From the NCBI GenBank assembly GCA_009779115.1, contig WREX01000001.1, forward strand, positions 10,878 to 74,877: a stretch of 64,000 nt of DNA. Reading direction: 5' to 3'. Below, piece after piece: positions 1 to 9,029 of this stretch. Source of the stretch: Propionibacteriaceae bacterium (GTDB lineage Bacteria > Actinomycetota > Actinomycetes > Propionibacteriales > Propionibacteriaceae). The notes under the pieces were generated by a model. That model saw nothing but the letters and a program-made list of their open reading frames with translations. It was not told where the DNA came from and ran no database searches. Both the position numbers and the translations under genes were made by a program. The stretch's first letter is position 1, and every line of letters begins with the position of its first letter.

Positions 1-264
1 GACTCGCAGGCGACCGCGGATCGACGACGCCGTGACCGCTTCGAAGGTCTCGGCGCAATCCCCGCCCTGGAGGACGAAGGCTTTTCCCTCAGCCGCATCG
101 GCGATCGCCGCCTTCAGCGCATCGCACTCACCAGCGAAAACCAACGGCGGCAGACTGTGGAGTTGGTTCAAGACCTTGTCAATCAGCACAGGATCGTCGT
201 ACTCCGGCTGCTGCGGAGGGTGCAGGGCATGCAGGACATCAAGAGGAGGTACGCCATCGGTCAC
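1..264 (-). CDS. aroG: 3-deoxy-7-phosphoheptulonate (DAHP) synthase, class II, N-terminal fragment (gene runs off the window edge)
   Basis: Manual minus-strand translation from GTG at 264 gives VTDGVPPLDVLHALHPPQQPEYDDPVLIDKVLNQLHSLPPLVFAGECDALKAAIADAAEGKAFVLQGGDCAETFEAV. PPLVFAGE and FVLQGGDCAE match class II DAHP synthase N-terminal signatures. An in-frame stop at 274-276 bounds the start. The gene is absent from the ORF track because it is truncated. Confidence 0.75.
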   Translation of the reverse strand, partial: MTDGVPPLDVLHALHPPQQPEYDDPVLIDKVLNQLHSLPPLVFAGECDALKAAIADAAEGKAFVLQGGDCAETFEAVTASSIRGRLRV

Positions 265-309
265 CTGACCAGACTAGCGATCAAGCCGGTGACGAGGCTC
301 AATTCTCGG

Positions 310-1011
310 TCAGTGGCCAGGGCCTGTTCCCTTGGGATTGTACGAATACTCGTCCACCATTTCCTGCCCGGTGATCTGTTGGATGTGCTGCATGACCTCG
401 TCGGTGGCCTGGCGCAGCACCGTGTGCGATTCGGTGTGGTTGGCGGCGTCGAGGAATTGTCTGCGCATCTCCTGAGGGAAACGAAACGGTTCACCGACGC
501 GCAGTTCCGGACGGTACAGCCACGGGAAGGGTAGCCACTTGCGGGTGAAACGAGTCCTGAAACAGCCGACCGGGATCACCGGCGCGTCAGCGGTGAGGGC
601 CAGGCGGGCCACCCCGGTGCGACCTTTGTACATCCGCCCATCCGGAGATCGATGGCCCTCGGGGTGGATGGCCACGAAGCCGCCATCGGCCAAGACCTTG
701 TAGACCGACCCCATGGCGTCGGCCGCAGCGGTCCCGCCTGAACGGTCCATGGGGACCTGGTGCATGCGCCTCAAGAACCAGGCCAGGATGCGGCGGAAGA
801 AGGTGTCTGTGCGGAAGAGTTCCTGCTTCGCGGGGAAAGTGATCTGAGGGGGAACAAGCGCCACCAACAAGAAGCTCTCCCCCGTGCCCAGATGGTTGGT
901 GGCGAAAATGGCTGGCCCCGTCTGGGGGATGTTCTCTCTGCCCTTGAGGACGGGCCAGAACAAGAGAAAGCAGACAGGTGTCAAGAGGACCTTGACCGTC
1001 GAATAGAACAT
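310..1011 (-). CDS. 1-acyl-sn-glycerol-3-phosphate (lysophospholipid) acyltransferase, PlsC family
   Basis: ORF 310..1083 contains the acyltransferase blocks FATNHLGTGESF (NHxxxxE/D variant) and VAIHPEGHRSPDGRM. The likely start is M25 (MFYSTVKV) at 1011, preceded by GGAAGAGGAAAG. An alternative start lies at 1083. Confidence 0.8.
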   Translation of the reverse strand: MFYSTVKVLLTPVCFLLFWPVLKGRENIPQTGPAIFATNHLGTGESFLLVALVPPQITFPAKQELFRTDTFFRRILAWFLRRMHQVPMDRSGGTAAADAMGSVYKVLADGGFVAIHPEGHRSPDGRMYKGRTGVARLALTADAPVIPVGCFRTRFTRKWLPFPWLYRPELRVGEPFRFPQEMRRQFLDAANHTESHTVLRQATDEVMQHIQQITGQEMVDEYSYNPKGTGPGH

Positions 1012-1216
1012 GGTGTGCTTTCCTCTTCCTGGGATGACCTCCACCAACCATAGCCCGAATCCACCGATCCATGCGTACTGCACCTACGAGAGGGGACATG
1101 TTGGTTTGTCTCACACTCGTTGGATGGGAGGCTGAGGTCGTACTGGCCGGGCTGGCTTCGACCTCCGCCTGAGATAGTCATAAAAACTGATTCCACACCC
1201 ATCAGGGACCCGGTGG

Positions 1217-1612
1217 ATGATCTATCATCAAGGTATGCGTGATGAGGATGAGACCTTCGCCGATATCGTCAAACAGGAGTTCGACGAGAAGTGGACTCCT
1301 CCCGCGTCGGCTCCGTCGCCGCCCGTCACCCACGATCCAGGGCCGCTTCCTGACTTTCACCTCAATTTGTACGACGATGACGCGAGTTACCAGGATGTGC
1401 CAGCAACGGTGTGGAGGCTATCCGTCCCTGTACGGTGGGGGTTGGGGTTGATCGGCGCAGGATTGCTGATCGCCATCGCAAAGATGACTCCCCTGCCCTT
1501 GCCCGGCTGGATTGGGTGGTTGGCAGTCGCGTGTTTCGTGGCGGGAGTGATCGTCACGTTGTGGCACGTGACCCATACACAAGGGCCGCGTGACGAAGAA
1601 GGAACGGTCTGA
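1217..1612 (+). CDS. hypothetical membrane protein (acidic/Pro-rich N-terminus, two C-terminal TM helices)
   Basis: 131-aa ORF with hydrophobic segments WGLGLIGAGLLIAIA and WIGWLAVACFVAGVIVTLW. I recognise no family. The start could be the internal M at 1235. Confidence 0.5.
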   Translation: MIYHQGMRDEDETFADIVKQEFDEKWTPPASAPSPPVTHDPGPLPDFHLNLYDDDASYQDVPATVWRLSVPVRWGLGLIGAGLLIAIAKMTPLPLPGWIGWLAVACFVAGVIVTLWHVTHTQGPRDEEGTV

Positions 1613-1634
1613 CCCGGATTCAGGAATAACCGCT

Positions 1635-2642
1635 CTACAGGAGACGGCGGGCGCCAACGAAGGGCATGCCGTTGTCCATGGAGGTGTAGACGACTCCGAC
1701 TCGTTCATTGCGGGCGTCGACCAGCATGCCGCCGCCTACATAGATCCCGACGTGTCCAGGGCCTGAATAGAAGAAGACAAGGTCACCAGGCTGCAAGTCT
1801 GCCTTGGCCACAGGAACGCCCACGTGGAACTGAGCACCGGCGCTGTGCGCGAGCTTGATGCCGACTGTTGCGAATGCTTGCATCGTAAAGCCGGAACAGT
1901 CGTAGGAATTCGGACCGGCGCCACCATAGACGTACGGCAGACCGACCCGGGCCATCGCCCAATCGACGATTGCTTGGGCCTCGGCCCCATTCTGAACTGG
2001 CGGTGGTGGTGTGTACGCTTTCGTGGCCGGAGCACCGGAAGCAGCGTTGGACGAGGCGATGGCCGCCTGTTGCTGCGCGCTCAACCGGTTGACGACCTGC
2101 TGGGCAGCGGCGACATTCTGGCTGGCCTGGTTCTTCAGATCCTGCTGTTTCTGTTGATCTGCCTGGATCGCAGTGACGGTGGCCTGCTGCTCTGTCTGCA
2201 AACTGACCAAGGTGGCTTGGCTCATTTGGTAGTTCTGGAGGATAGCCGTCGTGGCGTCGGCCACCATGGAGGACATGACGAGTTTGTTGAGTGCGTCATC
2301 TTGGTTGGACGCTGTGAACAGGGCCAGGGTCGACGAGATTCCACGATCCTGGAATTGTTGCAACGACACGACGGCCACCTGTTGGCGCAGTGCTTCCACC
2401 TGTTTCTGCTGGGCGGCGATGTCACTCTGGGTCTGTTGCAGCTTGGTTTGAGCCGCGTCGAGACTGGCTTGAACCTGGTTGTATTGTTCGTCAGCCTGGC
2501 TGGCTTCCCCTTGAAGTTCGGAAAGCCTGGCCTTGGCGTCGCTCAACGCATCACCGTGAGCCAGTGGCTGCCCCAGCCACGCGAGGCTCGCTGTCAGGAG
2601 TACTGACACTAATGCAATCCCCGGGCGCTTCCAGTGTGCCAT
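1635..2642 (-). CDS. secreted NlpC/P60 peptidoglycan endopeptidase with long N-terminal coiled coil (RipA-like)
   Basis: Signal peptide MAHWKRPGIALVSVLLTASLAWLGQPLAHG, followed by about 170 aa of Gln/Ala-rich heptad-like sequence. The C-terminal NlpC/P60 core is YVYGGAGPNSYDCSGFT ... GHVGIYVG. Confidence 0.9.
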   Translation of the reverse strand: MAHWKRPGIALVSVLLTASLAWLGQPLAHGDALSDAKARLSELQGEASQADEQYNQVQASLDAAQTKLQQTQSDIAAQQKQVEALRQQVAVVSLQQFQDRGISSTLALFTASNQDDALNKLVMSSMVADATTAILQNYQMSQATLVSLQTEQQATVTAIQADQQKQQDLKNQASQNVAAAQQVVNRLSAQQQAAIASSNAASGAPATKAYTPPPPVQNGAEAQAIVDWAMARVGLPYVYGGAGPNSYDCSGFTMQAFATVGIKLAHSAGAQFHVGVPVAKADLQPGDLVFFYSGPGHVGIYVGGGMLVDARNERVGVVYTSMDNGMPFVGARRLL

Positions 2643-2668
2643 TCACTACCTCCACTATTCCTGAGGAA

Positions 2669-2698
2669 ATTCTAAGGGATCCTCAGCACCTGGTCCAA
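2669..2698 (-). promoter_or_regulatory. candidate promoter of the NlpC/P60 gene (-35 TTGGAC, 18-nt spacer, -10 TAGAAT)
   Basis: The minus strand reads TTGGACcaggtgctgaggatccctTAGAAT about 30 nt upstream of the GGAGG RBS. The core ATCCCTTAGAAT..TCAGGAA.AGTGG recurs upstream of the neighbouring M23 gene. Confidence 0.45.
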
Positions 2699-2806
2699 TT
2701 GATCCGTCTGGAACCCCCCCTGCCGATCAACTTTACCACTGCTTTTCACACGCTGGCAGTCAGTCAGGACTACCAATCCCAGGTATTGTTGCTGTGGCAA
2801 GCACCG

Positions 2807-3913
2807 TCATCCCAGGTAATTAGCAGGATCCTCAATTTGTCCGTCGGACCAGACCATGTAATGCAAATGGCAACCGGTGGACTCCCCTGTCGTACCGACG
2901 AGAGCCACTGCTTGCCCTTGGACGACTGACGTGCCAGGTTGGGCGATTCCGCCCGAGAGATGGTTGAAACTCGTGACGATGTGATGACCGTCGATGATGC
3001 CATTATCGATGACAAGACGATTGCCATAGGCTCCGGCCCAGTAGTAATCCATGACGAACCCATTTCCCGGAGCCACGATCTGTGTGCCACAGGATGCGGC
3101 CATATCCAGACCGTCGTGGAAGGAATAGGCGCCGGTGATGGGATGAATCCTCATACCGAAGGGGGAAGTGATCTTGTACGAGAGCAAGGGAGCCTTGAGG
3201 GCAGGGGAAGGATCAGGGACCTTCAATGTCGGGTCGGCCACACCCGCACCCACGGCGTCCACACCCGCCAGGCTATTGTTCACAGCGGCGGCCACGGCGA
3301 TCATCGAGTTCAGCAACAACGAAGTCTGGGCGATCTTGGCCGTAGTCTGCTGATTCAGGGAATCGATGCTGGCCGTCTCGTCGGCGATGGCGGTGATCGT
3401 AGCCTGCTCGGTGTTCTGGAGGTCCTCCAGCGTCGCCTGCTCGAGTTGGTACGTGGAGAACAATGTGTTGGTCGTGTCTGAGACCTGCTGCATCGCCTGC
3501 ATGTAGCTGAGGAGATTGTCCGAGGTGGAACTCGCCAGGATCATCGCCGTCGTGTTGAGACCTCGGTCTTGGAACTGCTGCAACGCGATCTGGCCGAGTT
3601 GGGTCTTCAGCAGTGACATTTGCTGTTTCTGAGCAGCAATCTGTGCCTGTGTGGTCGTCAACTGATTCTGCGAGGCCGTGAGTTTGTCTTGGGTTTGAGC
3701 CTTCTGGATGACAAGATCTTCTTGTTGCTGTTGCAAATCGTCCAGTTGGGCACGGACATCCACGATTGAGGTGTCACCAGTCGAAGTGGCGCTCGGGCTG
3801 GCGGACGCGGGTGTGGGACTAGCCCCAGCTTGGGCAGGCGACAAGGCTAGAGATAAACCTATGATGGTGCACAGCACCAGTACGGCGCGATTCCACCTTG
3901 GCCTCATGACCAT
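2807..3913 (-). CDS. secreted M23 family metallopeptidase with long N-terminal coiled coil
   Basis: Signal peptide MVMRPRWNRAVLVLCTIIGLSLALSPAQA, then a Gln-rich coiled-coil region. M23 motifs are HDGLDMAA and GESTGCHLHY. Confidence 0.9.
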   Translation of the reverse strand: MVMRPRWNRAVLVLCTIIGLSLALSPAQAGASPTPASASPSATSTGDTSIVDVRAQLDDLQQQQEDLVIQKAQTQDKLTASQNQLTTTQAQIAAQKQQMSLLKTQLGQIALQQFQDRGLNTTAMILASSTSDNLLSYMQAMQQVSDTTNTLFSTYQLEQATLEDLQNTEQATITAIADETASIDSLNQQTTAKIAQTSLLLNSMIAVAAAVNNSLAGVDAVGAGVADPTLKVPDPSPALKAPLLSYKITSPFGMRIHPITGAYSFHDGLDMAASCGTQIVAPGNGFVMDYYWAGAYGNRLVIDNGIIDGHHIVTSFNHLSGGIAQPGTSVVQGQAVALVGTTGESTGCHLHYMVWSDGQIEDPANYLG

Positions 3914-3940
3914 CCTTCCACCGCCCCACTTTCTGAAAAG

Positions 3941-3970
3941 ACTCTAAGAGATATTCAGAAAATATGTCAA
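3941..3970 (-). promoter_or_regulatory. candidate promoter of the M23 peptidase gene (-35 TTGACA, 18-nt spacer, -10 TAGAGT)
   Basis: The minus strand reads TTGACAtattttctgaatatctctTAGAGT, followed by about 30 nt including the RBS GGAAGGA and the ATG at 3913. Confidence 0.5.
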
Positions 3971-4088
3971 CCCTGCTCGCTCTTGGGCCTTGTCCAGAAT
4001 ACCGTGATCACTAAAACTGAGCAATAAGCTCAAGGAAGCATCAATGGATGCATGATCGTCTGGTCTGAGTGGATGGGCACGGGGAGAT

Positions 4089-5762
4089 TCAGTGCTCGCC
4101 CAGCACCTCGTGAACAGCCTCACTTGCCCACGTGGCCAGTTGTTTCTCCCTGTCAACACGGGTTTGGCGTTCGAGTTGGACGTGGATGAGACGAACTGGC
4201 GGACTGGGTGAAATCATGGCGTTCCGTAATGCTGTCAGGCTGTCCACCGAGGTCACAGTGGCACCGAAGCCCTGCGCCACCTGGGCCAAATCGACATCCA
4301 TGGGGACGCCGAAGAGCCGCTCGAAAAAGTTGGCGAGGTCACCGATTTCTGAACACGGGGCGCCGTATTCCAAGGTCTCGAACAGTGATCCCCCGTGATC
4401 GTCGGCCACCACCACGGTCAGATCGATGGGGGTTTCCAAGTGGGGTTTGGCCAAGGAAGTGATGTCGTACAGCGCTGTCAGGTCGCCGACCAGTGCTGTG
4501 ACAGGACGGGACAGGCCCAGTGCCACTCCGAAGGCGGTGGCGATTGTTCCGTCGATGCCAGCCAGGCCGCGATTGGCGTAGACATGGGGCGGGTGGGGAC
4601 TGATGGGGGCCAGATCGGCATCCCGGATCGGGTTGGAGGAACCCAAGACCACGGCGTCGGTGTGCGACAGGGCTGTCAGCACCGTTGCGGCAACAGCCTC
4701 ACCGGACCAGTGGGAGCCGGCATCCATCCGGGCTCTGAGGCTGCGATCGGCGGTTGTCCACCCCTGCATCCACGCGGAGTCACCCGTGCCAAAAGCCACG
4801 GCGGGCACGACGCGGGAGACGGCCCAGCCGGGATCAGGCCACTCCCCCGACGCGTCCACTGCGATGATCTCGATGTCGCGACGGCTCAGCAAGGCCGTGA
4901 CCGGACGGGACAGAGTCGGGTGGCCGGTCACGATGACGCGTGTGATCGAGGGAGAAAAACTGGGCAGCAGGTGTCGGTACGCCGAGATGGCGGCTGGGCC
5001 GCTGCGGGCATTGGACGAGGGTTCTGCCAGCAGGGGAATCTGGGCTCGGCCAGCTTCGGCGGCCCACCATTGTCCCTCGTCAGGCGGCATATCTCCTGCC
5101 ACGATGACTGTGCCTGTGCCCGGGTTGATGCTCACTGGTTCTGCGCTGCGACAGTGGTCGACATGGAACGAGATCCTGGCCGGGAGCACGGCCGGTGTTC
5201 CTACGAGGGGCTCGGCCAATTCGACATTGATCTGGACGGGACCGGGTCTGAGCGTGATGCGTCCCTCAGCCGTGACGACGGCGCGGCGTACTGCTGCCCT
5301 CCAGGCGTGAGGGGTCTCGTCTGAGGCCTGAATCCGGGCCACCTGGAGGGGCATGGTGCCGAAGATGCCGAGTTGATCGGTTGTCTGATTGGCGGAGGTT
5401 GCGACCAGGTTGGACGGGCGATCGGCGGTCAGGGCGATCAGGGGCACGTGGGCGTGGCGGGATTCAGCCAGTGAGGGGGCGAGGTTGGCGACAGCGGTGC
5501 CCGATGTGGTGATGATGGGGACGGCACGCCTGGTCGCTTTGGCGATCCCCAGGGCGAAGTACCCGGCTCCGCGCTCGTCCAGGCGGATATGGAGGCGGAT
5601 CCGGCCTTCGGTTTCGAGACGGGCAGCCGCGTAAGCCAGCGGTGCGCTGCGCGACCCGGGGCAGCACACGACATCGGTGACGCCCAGCGCGGCCAGCTCA
5701 TCGAGGATGACCGCTCCGGCCAGAGGAGAAGGAGATGATGTGGGGCCGACGATCTCATCCAT
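4089..5762 (-). CDS. menD: 2-succinyl-5-enolpyruvyl-6-hydroxy-3-cyclohexene-1-carboxylate synthase (ThDP-dependent)
   Basis: The N-terminus AGAVILDELAALGVTDVVCCPGSRSAPL and the ThDP motif GDLTALYD are typical of MenD. The gene sits in an operon with menC/A/E. The start is set at ATG 5762 because AGGAGG lies 6 nt upstream. The ORF track extends to 5822. Confidence 0.9.
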   Translation of the reverse strand: MDEIVGPTSSPSPLAGAVILDELAALGVTDVVCCPGSRSAPLAYAAARLETEGRIRLHIRLDERGAGYFALGIAKATRRAVPIITTSGTAVANLAPSLAESRHAHVPLIALTADRPSNLVATSANQTTDQLGIFGTMPLQVARIQASDETPHAWRAAVRRAVVTAEGRITLRPGPVQINVELAEPLVGTPAVLPARISFHVDHCRSAEPVSINPGTGTVIVAGDMPPDEGQWWAAEAGRAQIPLLAEPSSNARSGPAAISAYRHLLPSFSPSITRVIVTGHPTLSRPVTALLSRRDIEIIAVDASGEWPDPGWAVSRVVPAVAFGTGDSAWMQGWTTADRSLRARMDAGSHWSGEAVAATVLTALSHTDAVVLGSSNPIRDADLAPISPHPPHVYANRGLAGIDGTIATAFGVALGLSRPVTALVGDLTALYDITSLAKPHLETPIDLTVVVADDHGGSLFETLEYGAPCSEIGDLANFFERLFGVPMDVDLAQVAQGFGATVTSVDSLTALRNAMISPSPPVRLIHVQLERQTRVDREKQLATWASEAVHEVLGEH

Positions 5763-6708
5763 GGGCATCCTCCTGCTGGCACTGAGCCAGTCTGTCCTGC
5801 CACCAGCGGGTGGTCTGGGCATCGGCCTGGACCGCAGTGAGCCGGTCGGGGTCGATGTGGACGTCGCGTACTTCGATCCAACCGTCGTGGGCGAGAAGGG
5901 GATCCGTCACGACATCGGTGCTCAACAGTGGCCCGGTGTTCAGCCCGCAGGCGTACGGCAACTCGGGTAGGGCCGCCGCGAGGGCGATTCCGGCGCGTAG
6001 GCCAACCGAGGTCTCGACGGCCGAAGAGACCACCACGTCGATGCCGAGGTCTTCGGCCAGATTCAGGCAGGCTCGTACTCCTGCCAGGGGTTGTACTTTG
6101 AGAATCGCAACGTCGGCGCCGTGCAGTCGGACGACTCGACGGGGATCTCCGGTTTTGCGGATCGACTCGTCGGCGGCGATCCTGACCGGGAAGTCCGGCT
6201 TGAGGCGCAGAGCCGCCAACTCCTCCACCGAAGCGCAGGGCTGTTCGGCGTACTCAAGATCGAAGCGGGACAACTGCCTGAGCGCCTTGTTGGCCTGGTC
6301 GACTTCCCAGCCTCCGTTGGCGTCGACTCGGAGTTTGCCGTTGTGGCCTAGGGCGTCGCGTACGGCTTCGACCCGGGCTAGGTCGTCGGCGAGGGTTTGG
6401 CCGGGTTCGGCCACCTTGACCTTGGCGGTCTGGCAACCAGACTGGCTGGTCAAGCGATGAGCGGTCGTCGGATCGATCGCTGGAATGGTCGCATTGACGG
6501 GTACACGGTCGCGCACAGGTTGCGGGAAACCATGGTTGGCGGCTTCCATGGTGGCGCGCCACCAGAGCGCCGCCTCGGCTGGGGCGTACTCCAGGAAAGG
6601 GCTCCACTCGGCCCAGCCCGCCTCGCCGCGTACTAGCATTCCCTGCCGGACAGTGATCCCCCGGAAGCGGACAGGCATCGGGATGGAAAAGACATGTGTG
6701 TCAGGCAT
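5755..6708 (-). CDS. menC: o-succinylbenzoate synthase (enolase superfamily)
   Basis: 317 aa. Contains FSIPMPVRFRGITVRQGMLVRG, KVKV and RVDANGGW enolase-superfamily blocks. Flanked by menD and menA with overlaps. Confidence 0.85.
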   Translation of the reverse strand: MPDTHVFSIPMPVRFRGITVRQGMLVRGEAGWAEWSPFLEYAPAEAALWWRATMEAANHGFPQPVRDRVPVNATIPAIDPTTAHRLTSQSGCQTAKVKVAEPGQTLADDLARVEAVRDALGHNGKLRVDANGGWEVDQANKALRQLSRFDLEYAEQPCASVEELAALRLKPDFPVRIAADESIRKTGDPRRVVRLHGADVAILKVQPLAGVRACLNLAEDLGIDVVVSSAVETSVGLRAGIALAAALPELPYACGLNTGPLLSTDVVTDPLLAHDGWIEVRDVHIDPDRLTAVQADAQTTRWWQDRLAQCQQEDAHG

Positions 6709-7750
6709 TCCACCATCCGATCCCGAGACCGACGCCCAGGAGCAGGGCGGTGATCAGTTCTGACACACCCGTCATTTTAAGAACGTGGATCAACTCCCGG
6801 CCGGTCGCTCCTGCGATCACCCGGCCCAAAGGACGCACGATCACCATCAGACCAAGGAGGCTGAGGAGGGCGAACCACGTTGTCAGCGCAGAGATGACAA
6901 TCAGACCGAGGGCTGCTGCGATGATCAGGCAGACGTAGAGTACGCGGGTACGGCGGTCGCCTAGGCGTACTGGCAATGTTATCTTCCCAGCGTGGTGGTC
7001 CGAGTCGAGGTCACGCAAGTTGTTGGCCACGAGGATGGCCATCGCCAGGCAACCCATGACGACTCCGGTCAGGAGGGCGGGAGCCCAGGCGATGTCGCGG
7101 GCGCATGGCGGACAGCCGGTCTGACCGACACAATCGACGCAGGTCCAGGGGGCTTGGACGAAGGTTGTTCCGACAGCGGCGACCAGGCCGAAGAAGATGA
7201 AGACGAAGACCTCCCCGAATCCGGCGTAGCCGTAGGGGCGCTTTCCGCCGGTGTAGTACCAGGCGGCCAGGACGCAGGCGGCGCCAATGAGGACCAGGAC
7301 GATGGGCACGAGGACTTGGCCGGCGACAGTGCCTGGATGGGAGAACAGAGTTTTCCATGTCGATCCAGAGAACAGGTCCGTGGCATGTGCGACCAGGACG
7401 AGTCCGACCAGGCAGGCGATCCCGAAGGAGATCCAAGCGGCCCGCTTGACGACGGGCGGGGCCACCAGACCGGATCCGACCAGGCGCATCGGGCCCACCC
7501 GGTGGGCGTCGGTTCCGCGGATTCCGTCGGAGTAGTCGTTGGAAAAGTTCGATCCGATCTGCATGCCCAGAGCCACCAGCAGGCACAGGATGGGGGTGAT
7601 CAGCGTCCAAGCAGAGAAGTGGTCGCCGAAGGGAGGGTCGGTACGGGTCATCGTGAACCAGGCGACCCCCGTACCGGCGAAAACTGGCGATGTCGAAGCG
7701 GGAAGGGTCCTGACTCGGGCTCCCTCCAACCACTCATGCACGGTCGCCAT
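6701..7750 (-). CDS. menA: 1,4-dihydroxy-2-naphthoate polyprenyltransferase (UbiA family)
   Basis: Polytopic membrane protein. It has the UbiA-type motif NDYSDGIRGTD and a second Asp-rich block NNLRDLDSD. It overlaps menC and menE. Confidence 0.85.
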   Translation of the reverse strand: MATVHEWLEGARVRTLPASTSPVFAGTGVAWFTMTRTDPPFGDHFSAWTLITPILCLLVALGMQIGSNFSNDYSDGIRGTDAHRVGPMRLVGSGLVAPPVVKRAAWISFGIACLVGLVLVAHATDLFSGSTWKTLFSHPGTVAGQVLVPIVLVLIGAACVLAAWYYTGGKRPYGYAGFGEVFVFIFFGLVAAVGTTFVQAPWTCVDCVGQTGCPPCARDIAWAPALLTGVVMGCLAMAILVANNLRDLDSDHHAGKITLPVRLGDRRTRVLYVCLIIAAALGLIVISALTTWFALLSLLGLMVIVRPLGRVIAGATGRELIHVLKMTGVSELITALLLGVGLGIGWWNA

Positions 7751-9029
7751 TGTCGGTCCACCTCCTGGTCAGCGCTGCACGGTCAATCTTGCCAGAGGAT
7801 GTCAGGGGTAGGGTCTCGACCCGCACGATCCCCCTCGGACAGGCTGCTGATCCGACCAGCGGGAACAATACCTCGCGGATCGTGGCCAAAGTTGGGCCGG
7901 TGGAGGCGACGAGCACAGTCGATCCCCAGACCGGGTCGGGCACGGCGAAACAGGCGACGGCATGCGGGTAGAGGCGGTCCAGGAGTCGCTGGAGGTGGGC
8001 CAGGTCGACGTTGACACCTCCGGATTGTACGACCTCGTCCACACGGCCCAGGACGGTCAGGCGGCCATGGGTGAACCGGCCGCGGTCTGATGTTAGGAAA
8101 GAGTCATTGTGGCGTACTTGGGCAGTGGCGGCGGGGTTGCCCAGGTAGCCGTCGAACAGGGTTGGGGTGGTCAGGACGATCCTTCCGCCGAAGGAGTCGG
8201 TTGAGGGGGTGGTCTGTTGCGTCAGTGGGGAGGCGGCGGGTCTGGTCGGCTGGGCGGGGTCAGCCCGAATCGGTGGTTCCGACTTCGTTGTGGGGGCGGA
8301 GAGGACGGGAGTACGGGGGTCACCATCGGCTGTTGTCGCGGCATCCAGGGCCATGTCGAGGATCTGGACTGAGACGGGGTCCAGGGGGACATCGTCGTAG
8401 ACGACGCCGCCGCAGGTTTCGCTCATGCCGTAGGTAGTGACGATCTTCACTCCGGCTTGTTCAGCCCTGTTGCGCAGGTCTGGGTCGAGGGCCATACCGC
8501 CGATCAGGACAGCTTGATAGCCGGTCAGAATCGGCAAGAGGGTTCGGTCGGTCAGGCAGCGGTGGAGTTGGGCGGGGACGAGAGAGAGGTACGCGCGGGA
8601 AGTGGGTCGCGGGAGGTCTTCCAGGTGGGGGGACACGTCGTGGTGGGGCAGGCCGGCGACCATCGCCCGTACTCGGGTCATCAGACCAGCGACGTACCAG
8701 CTCGGCAGGGGGTTCGCCCAGGCGCCGGGGCCGCCGAGTCTGGTATGGGTCGCCTCGGTTGCGGCGACCATGGCGCGGCGGGAGAGCATCACGGTTTTGG
8801 CAGTTCCTGTGGACCCGGAGGTCGCGACCAGGGCGCCTGTGAAGTCTTCAGGGAGGGCCGACTCGTTGATCTGGGCGAGCGGGTGAGCGGGGTCTTGAAG
8901 TGCGATGACCGTGTTCGCGCCATCGAGCATATGCCCGATTTCTTGGTTGGCCGTGTCAGGGGTGGCCAGTCGCAGTCGAGAACTCACCAGATCATTATCC
9001 CCGATCAGTCGTGAGATGGGTTGGGACAA
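7734..9029 (-). CDS. menE: o-succinylbenzoate-CoA ligase (adenylate-forming enzyme)
   Basis: AMP-binding motifs TSGSTGTAKTV and YGMSETCG, plus a C-terminal SSGKIDR. The operon context supports the call. The TTG start at 9029 is uncertain. Confidence 0.8.
   Translation of the reverse strand: MSQPISRLIGDNDLVSSRLRLATPDTANQEIGHMLDGANTVIALQDPAHPLAQINESALPEDFTGALVATSGSTGTAKTVMLSRRAMVAATEATHTRLGGPGAWANPLPSWYVAGLMTRVRAMVAGLPHHDVSPHLEDLPRPTSRAYLSLVPAQLHRCLTDRTLLPILTGYQAVLIGGMALDPDLRNRAEQAGVKIVTTYGMSETCGGVVYDDVPLDPVSVQILDMALDAATTADGDPRTPVLSAPTTKSEPPIRADPAQPTRPAASPLTQQTTPSTDSFGGRIVLTTPTLFDGYLGNPAATAQVRHNDSFLTSDRGRFTHGRLTVLGRVDEVVQSGGVNVDLAHLQRLLDRLYPHAVACFAVPDPVWGSTVLVASTGPTLATIREVLFPLVGSAACPRGIVRVETLPLTSSGKIDRAALTRRWTDNGDRA

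Noticed and set aside
32-268. Plus-strand 78-aa ORF at the window start.
   Set aside because: The opposite strand encodes a clear class II DAHP synthase N-terminus, so the plus-strand ORF is an antisense artefact of high GC.
2643-2806. c-di-AMP (ydaO-type) riboswitch upstream of the NlpC/P60 gene, as found before cell-wall hydrolase genes in other actinobacteria.
   Set aside because: I could not find the conserved ydaO core strings (for example ACGGGG/CCCGAA-type pseudo-symmetric halves). A good promoter-like element lies only about 30 nt from the RBS, leaving too short a leader. A covariance-model scan (Rfam RF00379) would settle it.
4132-8886. Numerous 60-340-aa antisense or alternative-frame ORFs inside the men genes, and similarly throughout the window.
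   Set aside because: They show typical high-GC shadow-ORF composition (Arg/Gly/Pro/Ala-rich) with no motifs. They are fully nested in genes with strong family signatures.
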